Counted from the stretch's first letter, positions 20,154-29,733 are shown. The stretch: DNA of 64,000 nucleotides from an uncultured Acidimicrobiaceae bacterium (GCA_963827115.1 CAWGZS010000002.1:47323-111322), one strand, 5' to 3'. Numbers and translations: made by a program. The notes: a model not told the origin generated them from the letters alone.

Positions 20154-21069
20154 GAAACCAGGTTTAGGCAAAGGGCTCGGAGCCCTCATCCCCGAGGGGA
20201 CCGCACCGGCGGAGAATCCGGTAGCCACCGAATCAGCGGGTCCTCTGCGAATGGTGCTCGTGACGTCAATTCGCCCGAACCCCTTTCAGCCGAGAAAGTC
20301 GTTCACGGACGAGAGCCTTCAAACCCTCGCCTCGTCGGTACGCGAGCTCGGTGTGCTCCAACCGATAATCGTCCGGCCCGTAGAAGGCGAGCCGAACCTC
20401 TTCGAGTTGATCGCCGGCGAGAGGCGTTGGCGCGCCGCGGGTCTGGCTGGCCTGGAGGTCGTTCCCGTGCTCGTGCAGGACGATGTCAATGATCGGTTGT
20501 CGCTGGAGCAGGCCGTTGTGGAGAATCTGCATCGGGTTGACCTCCATCCCTTAGAAGAGGCGGCGGCCTACCAGCAGCTGATCGACGAATTTGACCTCAC
20601 CCACGAGCAGGTCGCGCAACGTGTCGGCAAGAGTCGAGCAAATATTACGAACACGTTACGACTTTTGCAACTAGGCGAAGTGGCCCAGGCAGCTCTGGCG
20701 AGTTCCCAGATAAGTGCTGGTCACGCCCGGTCGCTGCTCGCCATCACCGACTCCGACGCGCAAGCCACCATGGTGGCGCGCGTCATCAAGAACGAGCTTT
20801 CGGTACGAGCCACCGAGGATGCGGTCAAGGTCTTCCTTGAACCAAAGGTGATCAGTACCGCCGACGCCTCGTCCAAACAGGATCCCACCAAGCCGCGACT
20901 TCGTCCGGTGCCGGACGCCAGCGTGGCCGAGCTTGAACAGTTACTTGAGGATTATCTCGACACGAGGGTTCACGTTGACCTAAAAGGGCGAAACGGCCGA
21001 ATAATCATCGATTTTGCCGATCTGGACGACCTCGAGAGGATTTATATCTCGATTTCGCAGGCAAAATAA
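20146..21069 (+). CDS. parB: chromosome partitioning protein ParB/Spo0J
   Basis: 307 aa. Has the GLGKGLGALI N-terminus, the ParB box IRPNPFQPRK...GERRWRA (CTP-binding GERR motif) and a helix-turn-helix. It overlaps the parA stop by 8 nt. Confidence 0.95.
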   Translation: MARKPGLGKGLGALIPEGTAPAENPVATESAGPLRMVLVTSIRPNPFQPRKSFTDESLQTLASSVRELGVLQPIIVRPVEGEPNLFELIAGERRWRAAGLAGLEVVPVLVQDDVNDRLSLEQAVVENLHRVDLHPLEEAAAYQQLIDEFDLTHEQVAQRVGKSRANITNTLRLLQLGEVAQAALASSQISAGHARSLLAITDSDAQATMVARVIKNELSVRATEDAVKVFLEPKVISTADASSKQDPTKPRLRPVPDASVAELEQLLEDYLDTRVHVDLKGRNGRIIIDFADLDDLERIYISISQAK

Positions 21070-21102
21070 CCTTCAACTCTCAACTTAAACCATTCGTTGA
21101 AG

Positions 21103-21134
21103 TTATCCCCAAGTTGTGGATGAAGTTGTGGGTT
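21103..21134. promoter_or_regulatory. cluster of three DnaA-box-like 9-mers in the parB / CwlM-like convergent spacer
   Basis: TTATCCCCA (21103-21111), TTGTGGATG (21114-21122, complement CATCCACAA) and TTGTGGGTT (21126-21134). Each is preceded by AGTT. The TGTGGAT + TGTGGGTTT pair also occurs in the dnaA-dnaN spacer. Confidence 0.4.
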
Positions 21135-21204
21135 TCTCGCTAAAGTCGGGAAAATAAAGGGTTTTCGGCACCTCCGAAGGGGCTGAATTTATAGTGTTTT
21201 GACC

Positions 21205-21909
21205 CTACCTGTGGAAAACTTCATCGAAAATTCGGCCAATCGTGGTCGATAGTTCGCCCAGGGCCGCTTGCGACAGCTGGCCGTGCTCGATGCGCAGGGT
21301 GGTCATGGAGGTTTCGCGCAATATCGGCAAGGCCATTCCCGTCACTTCGACCGGTGGCAGCTGTTGAGACCGGGACAGACTCGTGGCCAGCGTGCTCGCC
21401 AATTGCTCGCCGTGGCGCGAATGTGACCGGTAACTAGCCCAGTAGTGAAGGTGAAGTCCATTGAGATCATCATTCGACGACATTGATATGACCGCCACAG
21501 CGCCGTGGGCGTTCGCGAAACGCGCCACCTCTTCGTCGGTGGTGTCGCTGAACTGACACACCTCGAAGGATGGTGAAAGCGAAGAGGAAAGCAGCGTCGC
21601 TAGGGGACTCGCACCGCACAGCACGAGCGGACCGGAGGAGTTGGTGTTGAAGCCGGCGCGGTCGCGGGCGTCATTGACGAGATGACGGTCCGACGTACTC
21701 AACGTCATCCGCGTGAGTTCACGCAGCGTGGCCCCGGTCAGCGTGCCATCGGGAGTGAGTCCGCAATTGCGTTGGAAGTCGGTCAGCGCGTGTTCGAGAG
21801 CGGGACCGAATATCCCGTCTATTCGTCCGGGATTGAAGCCGAGTTGGGCGAGGTGGACCTGCAAGTCGGCGACGTCGTCGCCACGTAAATACGGCCTGGT
21901 CAGGTACAA
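21205..21909 (-). CDS. CwlM-like protein: PG_binding_1 domain plus degenerate Amidase_3-like domain (minimal ORF; open frame continues upstream to 22152)
   Basis: The track ORF starts at TTG 21909. GDDVADLQVHLAQLGFNPGRIDGIFGPALEHALTDFQRNCGLTPDG is a PG-binding domain. The C-terminal half resembles MurNAc-LAA (LPILRETSMTTLRIEHG). The position after trxB-trxA mirrors cwlM in mycobacteria. See the finding on the missing start codon. Confidence 0.7.
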   Translation of the reverse strand: MYLTRPYLRGDDVADLQVHLAQLGFNPGRIDGIFGPALEHALTDFQRNCGLTPDGTLTGATLRELTRMTLSTSDRHLVNDARDRAGFNTNSSGPLVLCGASPLATLLSSSLSPSFEVCQFSDTTDEEVARFANAHGAVAVISMSSNDDLNGLHLHYWASYRSHSRHGEQLASTLATSLSRSQQLPPVEVTGMALPILRETSMTTLRIEHGQLSQAALGELSTTIGRIFDEVFHR

Positions 21910-22152
21910 GAGGCGTTTGCCCGGCTGCCAGCCGGCTTCGATGAGTCGCGACCAGGTGGTGCTATCGGCGACGCCGGTGATGGGCAGCCCCCGAGAGTGC
22001 TGGAAGGCCTGGACCGCGAACGCCGTGCCCTCGCCGTAGTCGCCCGCGGGATCGATGAGCGGAGGGTGGCCGAGGTTGGTCAGCCGTTCTTGAAGCTCAC
22101 GTACTCGGGTGCCTGAGGCGCCGGGCTGTAGGTCGTCGAGGTTCAGGGTGAA

Positions 22153-22479
22153 CTAGAGGTTCGAAGTGATCTCTTGGAGCAACGCGCCCTTGGGCTTGGC
22201 GCCCACGAGGCGGGCGACCACCTCACCGTCCTTGAAGAGCAGCAGCGTGGGAATGCTCATGACCGAGAACTTGGTGGCCGTAGCGACGTTGAGGTCGACG
22301 TCGAGCTTGCCGATGACGAACTTGTCGGCTTGCTCGGTGGCGAACTCTTCGAGGAACGGGGCGATCGTCTTGCAGGGGCCACACCATTCAGCCCAGAAGT
22401 CAACCAATACCGGCTTCTCAGAGGCGCCAATCATCTCGTCGAATGTGGCGTCGGTCAGGGTCGTTATGTGCTCACTCAT
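22153..22479 (-). CDS. trxA: thioredoxin
   Basis: Has the WCGPC active site ([10 protein letters not shown]). ATG 22479 is preceded by GGAGGA, whereas the track start TTG 22491 sits inside that Shine-Dalgarno sequence. Confidence 0.93.
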   Translation of the reverse strand: MSEHITTLTDATFDEMIGASEKPVLVDFWAEWCGPCKTIAPFLEEFATEQADKFVIGKLDVDLNVATATKFSVMSIPTLLLFKDGEVVARLVGAKPKGALLQEITSNL

Positions 22480-22538
22480 AGGTTCCTCCAAAGGGGACGC
22501 CCCTCGCGAGCGCCGCGGAAATCACCTTAGCGGGACCT

Positions 22539-23492
22539 TCAGCGCCCCATGGCTTCAAGCCAGCGTTCCGCGTCGATAGCCGCGATGCAGCCCGAGCCCG
22601 CCGACGTGACGGCCTGGCGATAGACGTGATCCTGCACGTCGCCGGCCGCGAAGAGCCCTTCGATATTGGTGTACGAGCCGAGTCCGGTGCGCACGTAGCC
22701 GTTCTCCTCGAGGTCGACCTGCCCGGTGACCAGGTGGGTGTTGGGGACGTGACCGATGGCGACGAAGACGCCCGTGACGTCGAGCACGCGTTCCTGGCCG
22801 TTGAGGGTGTCGCGCACGGCCAGGCCGGCCACCTTCTCCTGGCCGAGGACCTCGATGACCTGCGTGTTCCACGCGAAGCGGATCTTCTCGTTGTTGAAGG
22901 CGCGTTCCTGCATGATCTTGGACGCGCGCAGCGAGTCGCGTCGATGAACGATGGTCACGCTCGACGCGAAGCGGGTGAGGAACGTGGCTTCCTCGATGGC
23001 CGAGTCACCGCCGCCGATGACCGCGATGTCCTGGCCGCGGAAGAAGAAGCCGTCGCAGGTGGCGCAGGTGGAGAGCCCGTGGCTGAGGAGCCTCGCTTCG
23101 CCCGGCACGTTCATCATCAAGGAGCGCGCCCCGGTGGCGAGGATCACCGCGTCGGCGGTGATGCTCGCGTCGACGTCGCCGGTCAGCCAGGCGCGGAAAG
23201 GCCGGGTCGTCGCGTCGAGCTTCTGGACGCGGGTCACGCGAAGGTCGGCTCCGAATCGCTTCGCCTGGTCGCGCATGTTGATCATCAGTTCGGGACCGGT
23301 GATGCCGTCGGGGAAGCCTGGATAGTTCTCCACCTCGGTGGTGACCATGAGTTGACCGCCCGGCTGATCGGTCGTGGACGACGGCTCGCCCTCGATCACG
23401 ATGGGGTTCAATTGGGCCCGCGCGGCGTAGATCGCCGCGGTCAATCCGGACGGCCCCGAGCCAATGATGAGGACACTGGTGTGCTCGGTCAT
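22539..23492 (-). CDS. trxB: thioredoxin-disulfide reductase
   Basis: Track ORF trimmed to ATG 23492 ([25 protein letters not shown]), which overlaps the stop of the upstream gene (ATGA). It has the redox CATC motif and a GGGDSA NADPH site. Confidence 0.93.
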   Translation of the reverse strand: MTEHTSVLIIGSGPSGLTAAIYAARAQLNPIVIEGEPSSTTDQPGGQLMVTTEVENYPGFPDGITGPELMINMRDQAKRFGADLRVTRVQKLDATTRPFRAWLTGDVDASITADAVILATGARSLMMNVPGEARLLSHGLSTCATCDGFFFRGQDIAVIGGGDSAIEEATFLTRFASSVTIVHRRDSLRASKIMQERAFNNEKIRFAWNTQVIEVLGQEKVAGLAVRDTLNGQERVLDVTGVFVAIGHVPNTHLVTGQVDLEENGYVRTGLGSYTNIEGLFAAGDVQDHVYRQAVTSAGSGCIAAIDAERWLEAMGR

Positions 23493-23809
23493 TACTTCCT
23501 TGACGTTATTGGTCGTCGTCGGCGCCAGATGACCATGCCCGCCACGACGAAGAGGGCCCCGATCACCGCGTAACTGAGCCATTGGTGGCTCGGAAAGACG
23601 TAGACGTCGAAGAGCCGAAAGAAGCCGATGACGAGGGCAATGACCAGCACGAGCGCCGCCAACACGATGATCAGTCCAAAGGCGATGGCCCGGCCGGCCA
23701 GGAGGATCGGGCGCAGAATCTTGTCGTGCACGAGGTCCAACACGTGGTCGAACGAATGCAGGGCCTTGTCGACGATGTCGGGCTCTCTGGTGTCGTCGGC
23801 GTCGTTCAC
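23492..23809 (-). CDS. small membrane protein, two predicted TM helices, unknown function
   Basis: 105 aa. Two hydrophobic stretches ([42 protein letters not shown]) are followed by RRRRP. Its stop is translationally coupled to trxB. I recognise no family. Confidence 0.5.
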   Translation of the reverse strand: MNDADDTREPDIVDKALHSFDHVLDLVHDKILRPILLAGRAIAFGLIIVLAALVLVIALVIGFFRLFDVYVFPSHQWLSYAVIGALFVVAGMVIWRRRRPITSRK

Positions 23810-23837
23810 GGTACGAACTTAGCGGTGTCGCGTGGGA

Positions 23838-24677
23838 CTACGCCTCGAGCCAGGCCACGCCGATGATTCCCGGCCCGCCGTGCGTGCCGACGGTGGGACC
23901 CATATCGGCGATTATCAGTGGAAATTCGATGGGAATGTCGCCCACCAGGGTTTCGAGCGCCGCTCGTTCGCTCGAGTCGCCGTGCACGATGGCCAAGCGG
24001 CGCAGGGGAGTGTGCGTGCGCGCCACGGCGACGATGGCGCCGAGCGCCTTGGCGCGCGTTCGTTGACGCCCGGCCTCCGCGACCACGCCGTTCTTCAATT
24101 CGATGAGCGGTTTGATGGCCAGCACCTGGCCCAATAGGGCCCGAGCGCCGCCGATGCGCCCGCCCTTGACCAGGTGGTCGAGCGTGTCGAGCATCGCGAT
24201 GACCCCGATCTTGTCCAGCAGCGCCTCGGCGTGCGCGGCGAGCTCGTCGAGCGGGGCACCGCCTTGGGCCAGCTCGGCCACGTCGAGCACGAGCAGGCCC
24301 AGCGCCATGGAGGCGGCCCTGGAGTCGATGACCCGCACGGGTATGGTGTCGGCCACCGCGTCGGCCGCGAGGACCGCGGCCTGATGCGTCGCCGAGAGCG
24401 CGGCCGAGATCGTGAGGGCGATGACGCCGTCGAAGCCGGCATCCCTGGCCCGCTCGTAGGCGCTTTGGAAGGAGCCGGGCGACGGCGCGGCCGTGGCGGG
24501 GAGCGTCTTGGAAGCCTTGCACCTGGCCCAGAACTCACCCGGACTCAGATCAACGCGGTCCGTGAACTCCTCGTCGCCGAAGCGGATGCTCAGCGACACG
24601 ATCTCGATATCGAAGCGGCGAACGAACTCCTCGGGCAGGTCACAACTGCTGTCACTGATCACACGAACGCGAGCCAC
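23838..24677 (-). CDS. DegV-family fatty-acid-binding protein
   Basis: 279 aa. The N-terminal VISDSSCDLP and the overall length and pattern are typical of DegV. Confidence 0.88.
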   Translation of the reverse strand: MARVRVISDSSCDLPEEFVRRFDIEIVSLSIRFGDEEFTDRVDLSPGEFWARCKASKTLPATAAPSPGSFQSAYERARDAGFDGVIALTISAALSATHQAAVLAADAVADTIPVRVIDSRAASMALGLLVLDVAELAQGGAPLDELAAHAEALLDKIGVIAMLDTLDHLVKGGRIGGARALLGQVLAIKPLIELKNGVVAEAGRQRTRAKALGAIVAVARTHTPLRRLAIVHGDSSERAALETLVGDIPIEFPLIIADMGPTVGTHGGPGIIGVAWLEA

Positions 24678-24691
24678 GGCCCCCCCTAGTC

Positions 24692-26290
24692 CTACTTAAG
24701 ACTTACACGTCTCGACGACCTTCGCTCAGCGTTGCGTTGGCCCAGCACCACGACGACGACGTAGGCCACGATTCCGGCGACGAAGGAGCCCAGAAACCGT
24801 GTCACCAGGCCGAGGCCGTGCGTCGAGGCCGACGTGGCGTAGAGCAGCGCCATGACCAGGGTGGCGAACAGGGACGACCAGAGGCTGCGACGAACGTGGC
24901 GCGCCCAGATGACGCTGGCGACGTGCACCTGATGGCGCGTCAGCGCGAAGAGTGCCACGACCGCCGCCGCGCTGTAGGCGATCGAGACGCTCGCGATCAG
25001 GCCGGCGAGCGAGTGACGACCGAGCACGATGGCCAGGGCGATGGTGAGGACGTTCTCCAGCGCGTAGAGGAAGAAGACCTCGCGGGCCCGCTGCATGGAC
25101 TGCAGGCCCCGCACGCAGAGCTGGAACACCGTGAATCCGGGCAGTCCGGCCGCCAGGACGGCGAGCACGATACCGACCGAGAGCTGCTTGGTTCCGTTGG
25201 CGTGATGCAGCGCGATGGCCACGATCGGCTGCGCGAAGACGACCAGGACCAGCGTGCAGGGGATGATGATCACGAGCGACTGGCGAAGGCCGAAGCGCAG
25301 CCGGTCGCCGAGCCCGGCGAAGTCCTGGCTCGTCGACAGGCCGGCCAGCTGGGGCGTCAACACCCCCAGCACCGAGACCACCACGACGGCGTAGGGCATC
25401 TGCATGATGGACCAGCCGTAGGTGTATGCGCTGATGTTCCCCTTGCCCGGGAGGCCGAAGGCGAAGGCCAGGATGACGTAGAGCGACAGCTGGTTGGTCA
25501 GTACCACGAGCAGCGTCCAGCTGCCCAGGCGACCGATCGCGCGCAGGGCCGGGTCCTTTCGATCGAAGCGGAACGAGAGTCGCCACAGGTCCGACCGGGC
25601 GAGAGACGGCAGGAGGCAAAGGAACTGCAGGGCGACTCCCAAGGTGGTGCCCAGGCCCAACCAGAGGAGGTGGTTCGAGCCCTGAAGCGAGTGCATGGTG
25701 GGCGTGGGGTCCACGAGATGGAACCAGACCAGCACGCCGATGCACACCGCGTTGTTGGCGATGGGCGCCCACGAGCCCGGGGCGAACCGGTTGCGGATGT
25801 TGAGCAGCGCCGTCGCGATGCCGATCACGCCGTAGAAGAAGATCTGCGGCACGAACCAACGCAGCAGTGACGTCGCCAGGGCCCGCTGCTGGTGGAGCGT
25901 GCTCAGCGAGCGGGTGACCGTCGAATGATTGAGGGCGGTGAATCCCTCGATGATCCACGGGGCCGCGAACCACGCCACCACCGAGGCGACCGTGAGCACC
26001 ATCAGCGCGCCGGTCACGACGCTGGAGATCGACTTCCAGGCCTTGCGCTCGCCGTCGAGGGCGAGGCGCTCGACGAACACGGGGATGAAGGTGGCGCCCA
26101 GGACCCCACCGAGCACGAGGTCGAAGAGCATGTTGGGCACCGTGTTGGCCAGGTTGAAGGCGTCCGCGATCGGCGTGAAGCCGAGCACCCAGGCCAGGAC
26201 CAGAACGCGCAGCAGCCCCGTGAGGCGCGAGACGAGGGTACCGCTCGCCATCGAGAACACTCGCGAACCGTGTGACGTCGCGGGGCTCAT
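24692..26290 (-). CDS. murJ: lipid II flippase MurJ/MviN
   Basis: Polytopic membrane protein. The N-terminal SGTLVSRLTGLLRVLVLAWVLG...ADAFNLANTVPNMLFDL is the MurJ signature. I prefer ATG 26290, which overlaps the upstream stop (ATGA), over track start 26335. Confidence 0.9.
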   Translation of the reverse strand: MSPATSHGSRVFSMASGTLVSRLTGLLRVLVLAWVLGFTPIADAFNLANTVPNMLFDLVLGGVLGATFIPVFVERLALDGERKAWKSISSVVTGALMVLTVASVVAWFAAPWIIEGFTALNHSTVTRSLSTLHQQRALATSLLRWFVPQIFFYGVIGIATALLNIRNRFAPGSWAPIANNAVCIGVLVWFHLVDPTPTMHSLQGSNHLLWLGLGTTLGVALQFLCLLPSLARSDLWRLSFRFDRKDPALRAIGRLGSWTLLVVLTNQLSLYVILAFAFGLPGKGNISAYTYGWSIMQMPYAVVVVSVLGVLTPQLAGLSTSQDFAGLGDRLRFGLRQSLVIIIPCTLVLVVFAQPIVAIALHHANGTKQLSVGIVLAVLAAGLPGFTVFQLCVRGLQSMQRAREVFFLYALENVLTIALAIVLGRHSLAGLIASVSIAYSAAAVVALFALTRHQVHVASVIWARHVRRSLWSSLFATLVMALLYATSASTHGLGLVTRFLGSFVAGIVAYVVVVVLGQRNAERRSSRRVSLK

Positions 26291-28248
26291 CGGACGTGAC
26301 GACCCTTGGGGCGTCGTCGGTTCGTGCGTATCCACCAGTAGGCGAGCACCAGGAGCGAGCCGATCGTCAAGATATAGCCCACCACCGAGGTCCCCGCGAT
26401 GCGCACCTGGATGGCCGAGCGGGCCAGGACGACCTGACCGTTGGGGGTGGTGACGACGACCTGAAGGGTGAGGCTGCTGCCGCGGTGATTGGACGTCGGC
26501 ACGCGCAGCGCCGTGGTCGGCGAGGCCAGGGTGGTCGTTATGTTGTCGCCCTTGGGAAAGGAGAGCGCGCTGGTGATCAAATGGACCACCACCTTCACCG
26601 GATAGTTGGCTCGGCTGATTACCGTGATGGGCAACGCAGTGCCCGGCCCGGTCAGGGTAATGGCCCCCGCGTTCACCGAGAACTGATTGAGCTGGCTGTT
26701 GAGGGCGTTGAGGGCCCGAGAGATGGCCCGTTGGCGACCCACCGGACTGCCGACCACCTCGCTCTCGGCGACGTCGGCGCTGAGCACGCTGCTGACGCTG
26801 TTGGAGGTCATGCTCTGGTTATAGGAGTTGACGGCGCCGATGAGCGTGATGAGCGAACTGACGTTGACCCCCGTCCAGGTCGCGGCACCCGTGCGGGCCA
26901 TCGTCCTGGTGGCCGGGGCGCCGTTGGTGGCGATGAGCGAGGTGTTGAAGGAGGGGCTCAGGCTGGCCGCCCGCACGAAAGGGTCGTGACCAAGGCCGCT
27001 CGCGAGGTCGGCGATGAAGCCGGCCGGCGTGTACGCGGCCGAGGTCACCATGACCACGCTACGGCTCGACCGGGCGTCGGGCGCCTCGAAGTGCAGGAAG
27101 CTGAGCGTGGCGAGCGTCATGGCGGCGCGCCGGCCCGGCTCGATCGACTCGTCGGTCGCCAGCTGGGAGAGCGGCTCGTCGATGCTGAGGGCGCTGAGCA
27201 GGTGCACCCCGGCCACGTGGAAGGGAGCGCCCCAATTAAGGGTGGACGAAGGGGCGACGCCCAGCGCCGATTCGGGCAGAATGACGTCGCGCACGCCCGC
27301 CGCGGCGAGTGCGGCCAGGCCGCTCTGCGACGGGCGACCCGACAGCAGGACCTGGCTGTCGACGTAGCGACCGGTGATGGTGCGCAGCAGCGCCGCGGGC
27401 AGGGTCAGTTGCTGGGCCACCTGGGTGCGAAGGTCGTTGTTGACGAGGCCGCTGAAGTCGATGTTGCCGGGCGGAGCCACGATGGCGCGGTGCAGGGGGC
27501 TCGCGAGCGCCTCATTGAGCGCCCCGTCCCAGCGCTGGTTCAGGGCGGCCTTGGTGTAGGGCATGACGCGGCTCAGGGTGCGGTAGTCCGCGCTGAGGGT
27601 GATGGGCAACGAACGGTTGCGCGCGATGGTGTCCAGCACGGCGATGGTTCGGCTGAGGTGCTGGATAGTGATCGGCTCGAAGGTCTCGATCCAGTTCAGG
27701 TGGATCGGCTGGGCGACGGCGGTGGCCTGGATGGCGAAGAGCGACCACTCGATGGTCGAGGTGTGGTCGATCGTGACCGTAAAGCGCAGCGGATAGACGC
27801 CGTCGCACCTGGCCCCCGAGCAGGGCAGACGCATCCGAGGCCCTCGCGTGCGACAAGGGCTCTGCTGACGGCCCGGCCGCTGCGTGAAGAGCCCGATGGT
27901 CAAGGTCACCGTGCGACGGGCCGCGCATCCCAGGGCTACTGGCGCGGTGCTGGCGACGGCGGACGACGGCGAACCGGTCCCGTCGATGATCGGAGTGAGC
28001 TGCGAGCGCGTCAGGATGCGCGGGTAGAGCGATACGCGCACCTCGGCCTTGCTATGGGGTGAGGGGAGCTCGAGGGAGACCCGAAGACGAGCCGTGCCGC
28101 GCGACGAAAGGGTGACCCACGCGTCCTGGTGCACGACCTTGAACGACGACGTCGTCCCAGCCTGCGCGGCCGAGGGCCACGTCACCGTTGCGAGGCTGAG
28201 GAGTACGACGCTGAGCGCCCGCCACCAGGTCGGAAATCGGTGGAACAT
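26287..28248 (-). CDS. large secreted, C-terminally anchored protein of unknown function (positional equivalent of Rv3909; I recall this family as DUF6049)
   Basis: 653 aa with an N-terminal signal peptide (ALSVVLLSLATVTWPSAAQA) and a C-terminal TM helix plus basic tail (VVGYILTIGSLLVLAYWWIRTNRRR). It lies immediately upstream of murJ, as in other actinobacteria. Confidence 0.6.
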   Translation of the reverse strand: MFHRFPTWWRALSVVLLSLATVTWPSAAQAGTTSSFKVVHQDAWVTLSSRGTARLRVSLELPSPHSKAEVRVSLYPRILTRSQLTPIIDGTGSPSSAVASTAPVALGCAARRTVTLTIGLFTQRPGRQQSPCRTRGPRMRLPCSGARCDGVYPLRFTVTIDHTSTIEWSLFAIQATAVAQPIHLNWIETFEPITIQHLSRTIAVLDTIARNRSLPITLSADYRTLSRVMPYTKAALNQRWDGALNEALASPLHRAIVAPPGNIDFSGLVNNDLRTQVAQQLTLPAALLRTITGRYVDSQVLLSGRPSQSGLAALAAAGVRDVILPESALGVAPSSTLNWGAPFHVAGVHLLSALSIDEPLSQLATDESIEPGRRAAMTLATLSFLHFEAPDARSSRSVVMVTSAAYTPAGFIADLASGLGHDPFVRAASLSPSFNTSLIATNGAPATRTMARTGAATWTGVNVSSLITLIGAVNSYNQSMTSNSVSSVLSADVAESEVVGSPVGRQRAISRALNALNSQLNQFSVNAGAITLTGPGTALPITVISRANYPVKVVVHLITSALSFPKGDNITTTLASPTTALRVPTSNHRGSSLTLQVVVTTPNGQVVLARSAIQVRIAGTSVVGYILTIGSLLVLAYWWIRTNRRRPKGRHVR

Positions 28249-28308
28249 GCTGCTACAGGCTACTTGCGGTCACGTCGCAACTCGGGCGCCAACTACCCTT
28301 CATTCGCA

Positions 28309-29733
28309 GTGACTACATACGAACAGGCCCATGATCGGCTGGTCGATCTCGCCCGGCTTTCGCGGCCGCTGGCGCTCGCTTTTCGAGAGGCGGGCTTCAG
28401 TCTCTACGCCGTGGGAGGCTCGGTGCGCGACGCGGTGCTCGACGAGCCGCCCGGTGATGACTTCGAGATCGACTTCACGACCAACGCGCGGCCCGACGAC
28501 ATCGAGCGCCTGATGAATCCGCTCTGCACGTCGCTGTGGGAGCAGGGCCGAGCCTTCGGCACCATCGGCGGATTCCTTCGCGGCAGCGCCATCAAGGTCG
28601 AGATCACGACCTTCCGATCCGAGGCCTACGTGGATCATTCGCGCAAACCCGCGGTGCAGTGGGGCGATTCGCTGGAGGTCGACCTCAGTCGGCGGGACTT
28701 CACGATGAACGCCCTGGCGTTGGACGTCATCGCCCTGCAATCGCCGGAGGCGGACGTCCAGTCCCTCTTCGACTACTACCACGGCTTCGCCGACCTGGCC
28801 GAACGGATACTGCGCACCCCGACCGACCCGGAGGTGCTGTTCAACGACGACCCGCTGCGCATGTTGCGAGCGGCCCGCTTCGCCTCGCGCTTCGGGCTGC
28901 GCATTGACGCACCCATCGAGGCGGCGGCCACCGCGATGGCCGAGCGCCTGACCAAGGTGTCGGCGGAACGCATCCGCAACGAGCTCGACCTGTTGCTGTT
29001 GACGCCGCGGCCGTCGGTGGGGCTGGACTTCATCGTGCGCACGGGTCTGGCCGAGTACTTCTTCCCCGAACTGCCCAAATTGCAACTCGAGCAGGACCCC
29101 ATCCAGCAGCACAAGGACGTGCTCAAGCACACGTGGGCGGTGGTCGACAAGACCTCGCCCCGGCTCGTGCTGCGCCTGGCCGCGCTCTTCCACGACATCG
29201 GCAAGCCCGCCACGCGCGAGATCTCTTCGGAAGGGGTCACGTTCCGCTTTCACGAGGTGGTGGGCGCCAAGATGACGCGAAAGCGGATGGTGGCCCTTAA
29301 GTATCCCCAGGTCGTGACCGACGACGTCACGGCGCTGGTCGAGCTGCACCTGCGCTTCCACACCTACAAGATGGGCTGGAGCGACAAGGCGGTTCGCCGC
29401 TACGTGCGCGACGCGGGCCATCTGCTCGAGGAGCTCAATGAGCTCACTCGCTGCGACTGCACCACCCGCAACGCGCGAAAGGCGGCCGTACTGGCCGAGC
29501 GGATGGACGAGCTGGAGGTTCGAATCGACGAACTTCGAGAGTCCGAGGACCTCAACCGACTTCGCCCGGCCCTCGACGGCGTGGCGGTCATGGAACTGCT
29601 CGAGATACGACCAGGTCCGGCCGTGGGCCGGGCGCTGGATTTCCTGATGGAGATACGCCTGGACGAGGGCGAGATCAGCCCCGCCGAGGCGCGTGTTCGT
29701 CTACTCGAATGGTGGAGCGAGCAGGGCGCCTAG
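28309..29733 (+). CDS. cca: CCA tRNA nucleotidyltransferase / poly(A) polymerase family with HD domain
   Basis: Track ORF trimmed to GTG 28309, because the upstream part overlaps the divergent gene. Motifs present: GGSVRDAVLD, RRDFTMNALA, DPLRMLRAARF, and the HD region LFHDIGKP. Confidence 0.9.
   Translation: MTTYEQAHDRLVDLARLSRPLALAFREAGFSLYAVGGSVRDAVLDEPPGDDFEIDFTTNARPDDIERLMNPLCTSLWEQGRAFGTIGGFLRGSAIKVEITTFRSEAYVDHSRKPAVQWGDSLEVDLSRRDFTMNALALDVIALQSPEADVQSLFDYYHGFADLAERILRTPTDPEVLFNDDPLRMLRAARFASRFGLRIDAPIEAAATAMAERLTKVSAERIRNELDLLLLTPRPSVGLDFIVRTGLAEYFFPELPKLQLEQDPIQQHKDVLKHTWAVVDKTSPRLVLRLAALFHDIGKPATREISSEGVTFRFHEVVGAKMTRKRMVALKYPQVVTDDVTALVELHLRFHTYKMGWSDKAVRRYVRDAGHLLEELNELTRCDCTTRNARKAAVLAERMDELEVRIDELRESEDLNRLRPALDGVAVMELLEIRPGPAVGRALDFLMEIRLDEGEISPAEARVRLLEWWSEQGA

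Noticed and set aside
22626-26275. Several long alternative-frame or antisense ORFs over trxB, DegV and murJ (for example 22626-23573, 23806-24522, 24095-24538, 24726-25973, 24737-25870, 25892-26275)
   Set aside because: Each overlaps a gene with clear family motifs in another frame. Their proline/arginine/glycine-rich translations are typical high-G+C shadow ORFs.
26272-28062. 596 aa plus-strand ORF opposite the large secreted protein gene
   Set aside because: It is an antisense high-G+C frame with low-complexity Arg/Gly/Asp content. The minus-strand gene has a signal peptide, a membrane anchor and conserved synteny with murJ.
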